Assembly: GCF_009914755.1 (NCBI RefSeq)
Contig: NC_060925.1
Reading direction: 5' to 3' (one strand)
Source: the human T2T-CHM13v2.0 reference genome, Homo sapiens
Length of the DNA: 64,000 bases
In this document: positions 55,556-64,000 of the stretch, piece by piece
How the letters are laid out: each line of letters starts with the position of its first letter
How positions within the stretch are numbered: the stretch's first letter is position 1
Program-made: the position numbers and the translations under genes
Notes under the pieces: model-generated
Told to the model about the DNA's origin: nothing
Databases searched by the model: none
The model's input: the letters and a program-made list of their open reading frames with translations, nothing else

Positions 55556-56191
55556 CCACAGAGCATTGCTCTTGAAGTCACCAAATAAAACAGCCCTCAA
55601 AGTGCAGCACATCTAACCAGGCTCTGCAATTGTGAATAAGTCACCTCTCTTCAAGATGGCCAGAAAGAATCTAGAGGAGGGTGACAATGACTTTGTGTTG
55701 AGGAAAGGAAGAGCAGGGACAGATTGAAATGACCTGTACTCAGCGTGGTGAGAAAGTTTAGAAGTGGCAAGCTCCAAACCTACTGTCACTTTGGGGGCTT
55801 CCACATTCAGCCCATTTAGGTATTCAAGTTAGGGGTTTCCTTTGACATTTGCAGAAGTTCATTTAGAAACAACATAGAATTTGTTACCTTATGCAGTGTT
55901 AGACTTTTGCAATTCATTTCTCTAAGTGGTCATGCTAAAAATACAGTCACAAAGGAGAAAGGAACTGAAGACATCAAATAATGCCATCTCCTTCATGCTA
56001 AAATGTTTCCAAATGATTTAGATGATGTTGTGGGTAGTAACTTATAAAATGATCTAGAATATTCTGAGAACATCCTTAACCTTTGAGATTGACAACTGGT
56101 CAGATAGTTATGCCCTTTAATATAACATTCCTCAATATCCTAATCAATGATAAATTCTGAGCCTAATGATCCGGGAAGGCATCTCTGACAT

Positions 56192-56490
56192 TCTCAACTC
56201 ATTCATTTCACAAATATTTTATTGAACACCTATTGTATACAGGCCTTGGGCTTGTTGCCAGGGATACAATGGTGAACTAAGCAGACACAGTTCCTGCCCT
56301 CAACCTGCAGCAGGGTGGGAGATAGAGATACCATAATTCTAATACAAACAGATAAGCTTTGCCAAGGGAAATAAAGAAATGCTATGAGAGCCCCAAGAGG
56401 GGCACCCAACCAAGCTCAGATGGTCCAGAAAAGTTTCTTGGAATGGTTGACTTCTAAGCTGGGACCTGGAGGATGAATAGGATGTGGATA
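56192..56490 (-). mobile_element. L2 3' region
   Basis: cattcatttcacaaatattttattgaacacctattg...gggatacaatggtgaac...cctgccctca. Confidence 0.8.
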
Positions 56491-58239
56491 CATTTGGGAG
56501 TCGGGAGACCATTCAATCCCCTATAGTGCATGTGGAGGTTGGGTCCCAGCTCCCTAAGATTTCTGTTATGGGTTGCCAAGATGTCCATTTTACCAGGGTG
56601 CTTGTCTATTCCACCTGAAATTACATAAGCTACCCGGCCCTGGACATCTGTGCAATGTTTCAGGAAGCCATAAGAAGGCAGATAGTTTTATTTTTTCAAA
56701 GCCTTTCTCACCCAGAAGGGCAGACAGGGTCTCATTATTTGTGGGGACAAGAAAGATACGTAGTAGAGGAAACATTAATTCAGCAAAAGGTTCATTCTTT
56801 TTTATGTACAAATTATGCAACGTAATTGTTTTACCATGATTAATATTATTTCAGGGGCCTAACAAACACCATTTACAATGCAAATCTCCTCAAGGCTGCA
56901 GAAAGGTACCTGTAATCAGGGAGGGTGTGATGGCTGCCCAGATGGAGTGGGGACAGGATGGAGCGAGTGAGAAAGGGTCACATGGCTCATCTTTGAGCAC
57001 AGCATCAGAAAGGCCAAGTGGGCATGGCGGTCTCCTCCTTGCTGCACCCAGCAAAGGCTTCAGGAGGACTTTCTGCATCTGTCAAGCATGCCCTCTGAGC
57101 TCTAAGCCAATGTCTCCATTTCTACCCTCCCTTCCTGAGGCTTCCCTTTAAAAAGTCACATGCCTTTACTCCTAACCAAGAGAAAGCCACATGACTAGGT
57201 GGTGGGAAGATGGGAAATTGGAAAATAACAACAAGGGAAAATGTGTCAAAAGTACCCATCTGTTCTAATTCATCCCATCATTAATAACGTCTCCTCCCCC
57301 TCTTCCAGAAAGAAAAAGCAGGAGGCCTCCCACTGGGCTGTGTCCCCATCTCCTGGTGCCATCGCAGGGGCTCACGTGATCTACCGCTTTGATGTGGTTT
57401 GATTCTCTAAACGTGTGATTAGCACACACTTTGTACCACACACCCAGTTTTAGTCGTCTCTAGCACTCACCAGTTAGAAGCCCCCAAGCCCCACCACCAA
57501 ATTGCCCTTGCGAGATAGCTGCTCTCTCTAACTCAGCTTCCCTACGCAGAGGAGCTCCTGATGCTGAATGAAAAATCACCTCGCTCTGCCTATGCTCAAA
57601 CAGCACAAAACACATCCTGGGAAATATCCTCTGTCACTCTGGGATACAATTTCTCCTTACCTCTTTATTCCCATTGCTTCCAATGTCCTGTGTTATAAAT
57701 GTGTAAATTCAATAAGCGTGAAATTTTCCAGAGAGAGAGGGAAAAAATCATTATAGCATGGCATATATGTTGGTGAATTGTTAATTTGCTAGAGCAACAA
57801 TATCACTGCGATGTTACAACTGGTTTCCTTAGTAACATGTTAAAGTATATAGGAAAACACTTTGGGGTAATAAAATGTTCCCATTTGAATTTTGAATAAA
57901 CTTTCACACGAGGTAAGGAAGTGGGATTCTAAAAATAACAGATTAGGTAATCAATTAACTTATTCAGTCATTCCATGGAATTTTAAAATATGAAAATATT
58001 GCACTTGCTGGAAATATGTCAGGTTACCAGAATTGTGTCTCGCTGTGCTGGTCAGTTAAATTTTGAAGAATTACTTAGAAATTTTTTCCTGTTTAACACT
58101 CAGCAATGTATGGAAACAGCTCACCTGGGCATTCTGAAATGAAGAGAGTTTATTCTTAAGGGTCCAATAATCAAAAATAAATTACTTTCCTGGTGCTGGA
58201 ATCCAGCAGCCCAGACTTCCACATCATAATTTTCTGGGG

Positions 58240-58427
58240 CAATGGTTTTCAAACTTCACTGTACGTCAGATTCCCCTGGAGGGCTGGTTAAAACACAGAT
58301 TGCTGGGCCCTGTTTCCCAGAGTTTGATTCAGGAGGGCTAAAGTGGAACCTGAGAATTTGCATTTCTAGCAAGTTCCCAGGAGGTGCTGATACATCTGGT
58401 TCAGGGACGACACTTTGAAAGCCATGT
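58240..58427. mobile_element. MER5A DNA transposon
   Basis: caatggttttcaaactt...aaaacacagattgctgggccc...gaatttgcatttctagcaagttcccagg...cactttgaaagcca. Confidence 0.9.
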
Positions 58428-58560
58428 TCTAGGGGAAGCCTAAAAAATGATCACTCTGGCCCTACATATCTGAGCAATAAAAAGGGATTTCATATCATCT
58501 TAAGACAATCTGAATCTTAAAGCAATGGCACAGAGATCTTCTTTCCTTATTCATCATTTA

Positions 58561-58912
<352 letters not shown>

Positions 58913-61284
58913 CTAGAGGCTGCATGCCTTCCAAAGAGGATAAACAGGGAGTGGGGCCCTCACCTGGCATCAGGCCAACATCACACAGCATGAAGCAGGG
59001 CCTCTATTTTTAACCAGCTCCATCGCCAGTGCTCAGCAGGCAGCCAGACACCAAGTAGGAGGTTGGCCAGATGCGCTTCCACTCGAGTTAAGAGTACACT
59101 CAGTGAGAAGCTTGATTTTGTTACAGGTTTTACTAAATGTATTCACAAAGTCATTGGTGACAGGAAAATGCTTAAATCGCAGTCCTTGCCCTTTAGCTCC
59201 TAATATGATAATCCAGGTCTCCAGGTAGACAGTCAGCGTAAAAAGTAGAAGGTGCCCTGGGCTGGAGTCAGGACATCTTGCTTCTGGTCCTGAATTTGCC
59301 GTGACTTGCCATTTACCTTGGGTTCTCTTCCCTTTCCAAGAGGGTCAGACCAGTGTTCTCCAAGAACCCCTTCCAGCCCTAGTATCATAGGAGTTAACCT
59401 TAATCCTACACTCATTCACTGTTTTTTGTTTTGTCCTTTTACCATACCAAATCAATTTCAGTTTGCACTAAAGGAAATTCCCTAATTACTGTTTTGTATC
59501 TTGCGGAAGATCACTTCCCACAGTTAATTTCTCAACTTCAGTTTCCTTCCTCCAGAAGCTTGCTGTGTCCACATTTCAATTAATTGCCTATTGGCACACA
59601 CCCGACTCCAAATATTTGTGCAGTTCCCAAGAAAGCCTCATTCAGCTAAGTACCTGATCGCGTCAACCTGCTCTCTGGTTCCAACATCTCAGAATATCCA
59701 AGCGAGGAATATGCAAATGCTAGAGTCACCCAGAGAGAATTCATCAGGGGAGGGAGTCACTGGAGGCAGGGAGGGAGTCTCAGATGAAAGATATTATCGC
59801 TTGCTGGAGACAAGGGAAATTGGGGTGGGGGAAGGGAAGAAGTAAAGAATCTGAGGACTGCAAGCGCTTGCACCTTACAGCACAGGATGCTGTTTCTTCA
59901 GAGAAAGGCCAAGCAGATCAGCTACATTACAAATATGCTATGGAGCTACTTGCAGGGAGCCAGGGTTTGTTTTAGGAGCAGGCAGAAAAGGGAGTATTAT
60001 TAGAGAGGCTACCCAGGTCTCTGTGCCAATAAATTCATTACTCCTACTTGCTGACAAACTCCTACTATTAGAATCACTCTTCAATGTGTTTTATAACATT
60101 GCAAAATGTTTGGGGTATACTGCTCAGTAACAAAAGGGGTATGCAAAATTATATAAACATGGGAATCTCAAACACATGGAAAAGACAAGAAAAATATGCC
60201 AATGCTGATTTGCCTCTGGGTGGTGAGATCATGGGAAAGATTGTCCCTACTTTATATTTTTCTTTACTCTCCAGGTTTTCTACAATTATTAAGTACTGCT
60301 GTACTGCTTTTAAGGTTAAAAAATTTTTTTGAACTTTTTTTTTCATACAAAAAGCATGCTTTGAAGGTAAGTCACTGTCTTCAAAAAGCTCCTGGTAAAA
60401 TGCAAATCTATTACCTAAAAGGGGATTGTCCATGAATAGTTGTGCATAGTTTAGTTTGTCATCTTGGTTACTCTCATCTTAGACCATGGGCCACGGATCT
60501 TGTTTCATTCATCTTTGCACCTGTAAGCTTAGTCCTGACCTAGGCACAGGATGAGTATCAAATGTTTATTGAATTGTCCCCCAAACAGAGAAGACAACAG
60601 ATCTCTGAAGAATGGAACGCAGGATAAGCTTTGAAAGAGCAAGGGTCGTTTGGAAAGGCCTGGGGTAGGATGAAGCCCAGGGGATGATATACTGAGGGAG
60701 CCCAGTAGAGAAGAAAATAGCACGAGGGCCTTCAGCACTGCCTCCAGGAGGGGATGGAGTGGAACAAAATGGGGTAGGGACGGGGGCATCTCTAAGGCTG
60801 AAGATTCCTCACTGCAGTTTCGCCACTAGCCAGCCCTGTCTTTCAACAGAGTAGTTCAACGGCATTGGTAATGCTCGTGTTGAGCTCTAGTTTCAAAGTT
60901 ATTCCACTCATGGAGACACTAAAAGTAAAATGGAAGTTCAACTAAGGAAAACGTGAGGAGCTTCTTCTGGCAGGATCTGCCTCCCCTGGACTAATGACAT
61001 TGTGCGGAACGCTAAAGGGAGCTCCAGGGAAAGGTCAGTGGCTTTCAAGTTTGAGCAGGATTTCACAACAAGACCCAGAAAGATATGGAAGAAACAAAGC
61101 TCAGATGGGAAATGTAAGGCACAGAATGGTAGAAGGACTTTGGCAAAACCTAGTGACATAAAGCTGTCTGCTTAATTGTCACTGTGCAGGTGCCCAAGGG
61201 AAATGGCTTATGTCAAGTCAATGGAAAAAAGACTTCTTTGATTTTCTCATCTGGGGCAAGCTGCTTACACATATAATTATACCT

Positions 61285-62135
61285 ACTCGTTTAATAAATA
61301 TTTATCGAGTGCCTACCATGTGTCAGGAGCTGGAAATTGGTAATGAATAAAGCAATACTCCCTGCTCTTGAGGAATATGTGAACTGGAAGGAACATCATT
61401 TACTGTCTAGTTCAACAGCTGTATTTTATGGATCAGGAGATCACAGCCCACAAAAGGGAAGCCATATGACCCAGAGCACTCAGCTAGTGCTCTTTCACCA
61501 TTTTTAATACCATGAGGTTGTATACCTCATCACTTCCCAGGGATTGCAATGTCCCCCACCCCTACTCCATTGACAAAAATTCCACCTTCCCTCTAAGGCT
61601 TGTTAAAATGTCACACAGTCTCTATGAAGTTTTTTTCTGTGCCCTCCTTTGGTTCCCTCAGCCCACTGTACCTCTATTACAGCATTTGTCACAGTCTTCC
61701 TTGAACTTTAGTGAGTATACATCTGTCCCCTCCACTGGATTCCAAGCCCCCTGAGGGCAGAGATGGCCTCCCATTCATCACTATATTCTCAGCACCTCGC
61801 ACAGCTGGGGGGACTAACATTTATGGAGTAGCTACCAAAACCTGGACACTATGCTAAACGCTTTATACACAGTCACATTTCTTCTCAATCAAGCTCTCTA
61901 AGGTGGCTCTTATTTTGCTTGATGTAAAGACGAGGAAACAGAGGCTCAGAGATATTAAATAACTTTCCAAAAGCCACGAAGCCAAGTGGAGAATGAAGGT
62001 TGAGCCCATTCTATCTGGCTCCAAAGTCCATGCTCTTCCTCTTATAAATGATATGCTCCATGAGGTCAAGGACGATGTCTGTCTTGTTCATCACTGCATC
62101 TGTAGCACCTGGTGCAGTGTCTAACATGGTGGTAT
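61285..62135. mobile_element. Cluster of L2 and MIR relics
   Basis: L2(-) aaatatttatcgagtgcctaccatgtgtcagg ~61300; L2(+) ~61560-61800; MIR(-) gaggaaacagaggctcagaga ~61930. Confidence 0.65.
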
Positions 62136-64000
62136 TCTACCCATCACACAGATCCCTCTGATTCTGTACTGGAGGAGATTACACAGAATGCAAACCACCA
62201 GGAGGCTGGGACCCTTAGGGGTCATCTGGGAGGCCATCTGCCAGCAGAGGGCAAGGTGCAGAGACCGGTTCAGGTGCCGCGTCAACAGATCTGCCATTAT
62301 AATAACCTAATCATGTTCAAAGGCAGAAATCAAAGTGAACACACAGTAATCTCAAAACAAAACAAATAAACAAAGTGAGCCCTAATTGTGTTGTGTGTGA
62401 CAACAACACAAGTCCCTGGAGATAATGAATAAAGCAGAGCCACATAGGACAAGCAGCCCAGCCAGGTAGAGGCTGGGAAAATGGTGAGGTGAGCAAGATC
62501 CGGGGATGGGGAAGGTTGCAGGGTGCTAGGACCACCCTGGTAACAGAATATATAGAACGTGCACCTTACAGGGAGACTAGCATGCGGCACGGGGCTGAGG
62601 GGGGCTGCTAAAAGGAGTTTCAATGATTTCAACACTCATTTCAACTCCTAATTTCTGAGCCAAATCTCACAAGGAACTGGTTTCCCCACCAGGTTGCCGC
62701 CAGCTCCCATTCCCCACCTCCCACCAGCCCCCTACTTCCTGGCTTTGCCTCAGCCTCCAACACCAGATCCAGGTTTTCAGAAGTTCAGGAGCAAACCAGG
62801 GAAGGCTCAGTGAATCCACATTTTTGTCTCCTTCATCCCCCTCCAGCCAAGAAATGATTGCATGGAGAACATCTCCGAGAAATTGGTGGAAAAAACAAAA
62901 CAAAACAAAAAAACAGATTTTTTTCCCAGTGGGTCTTTTCAAGCTCTCTTTTCTTTTTTCTTTTTTTTTCTTTTCATATTTACAAGAGAAAACAGCTACC
63001 CTTCCACAGACTTGCTTTCTTTTATTGCATGCTGAGAACGAGATAACCCATGGGATTCCTTGGCGCAGTGGCTTCCAAGAAGCTCAGAACTAAATCCAGT
63101 GCTCATGTCTCACCCTAGGTTATAAGTTCCTTACAGGCAAGAAGACAGATGTGCTTTTCTTTTTGCTCCTACAGAGCCCAGCACCGTGTTCAGCAAAGGG
63201 ACTCGACAAAGATGTGTGCAAGTTAAACATTCGCGCGTGTTCCACTCCCACCCCAAGACTTCCCACCCCTCTTTTGAGTTTTTTTAAATGGTCTTATTAT
63301 ATATGGGTTTTTATCATGACCTACCTCAAATCCTTTATGTAGGCAGGCAGGGAATAAATGAATAAGTAAACAAACAAATGGATAACGGACTCCCTCCTGC
63401 CTGAGGGTACTTGCACAGGGTTTTATCAGCTCTGCTTCCAGAAAATCCACCCTAACTGATATTGAGCTAGGAAACAACAGTTTGGGAGCTCAGCAGGTTC
63501 CTTTTTTTTTTTTTTTTTAAACCTAGATAAGCTTGGGTGCCTCAAGTAAATTCCCCTTTGATTGGTATGTTTCATCAGTTGAACTCTAATTGGTGCAAAC
63601 AGGTAATTTGGAGATTACAAGATTTATTCTTCTATAACAGTGATTACTGATTGCTAATGATAGTGCTGATTTTTAGGTGTTTAAAATCTTGACAGTTACA
63701 ATACTCATGTGATTTACTACAGCGTCTTAGAGACAGCCTTCTACAGATCTCTGAGGACAGAGGCTGTGTCCTCCATGAGCACTGCCCAGTGCCCCATGGG
63801 GGTGTGTGTACGAAGAAATGCTTATTAATATTAATAATAATCATCACAAAACGATAAAGCACTCACCTAGAATACTGAGTCATGCAATCTGCTTGCAATT
63901 TCATGGATTTTTGAAATGTGTACCTTTTCTCACCAATGCCTAATTAAACGGGGTATTAGGATTATTAGCTCTAGAAATAATTGGCCTTAAAAGCACATCA

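Overview
Primate (very likely human) genomic DNA with no supportable protein-coding gene, RNA gene or CRISPR array. The window looks like a gene desert or very large intron. A large part is interspersed repeats: about 20 Alu copies or fragments (J, S and one Yd-type), a 5'-truncated L1PA, older L1MA/MB/ME pieces, many MIR and L2 relics, solo MaLR/ERVL LTRs (MLT1, MST, THE1, MLT2) and DNA-transposon fossils (MER3, MER5A, MER102-like, MADE2). Between the repeats lie an orphan CpG island (~27.5-28.0 kb), a 28-bp minisatellite carrying SP/KLF-type boxes, a compact promoter-like motif cluster (~41.1 kb) and several repeat-free, homeobox/POU/FOX-motif-rich blocks that resemble developmental enhancers. 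The most unexpected structure is an ~0.9-kb composite block (42238-43124: four Alu pieces plus unique DNA, ending in a pure A24 tail) bracketed by one 13-bp target-site duplication, apparently a foreign transcript fragment retro-copied as a unit. Repeat subfamily names come from remembered consensus sequences and need RepeatMasker/Dfam confirmation; boundaries of old repeats are approximate. I could not identify the locus and found no evidence of a new multi-gene system.
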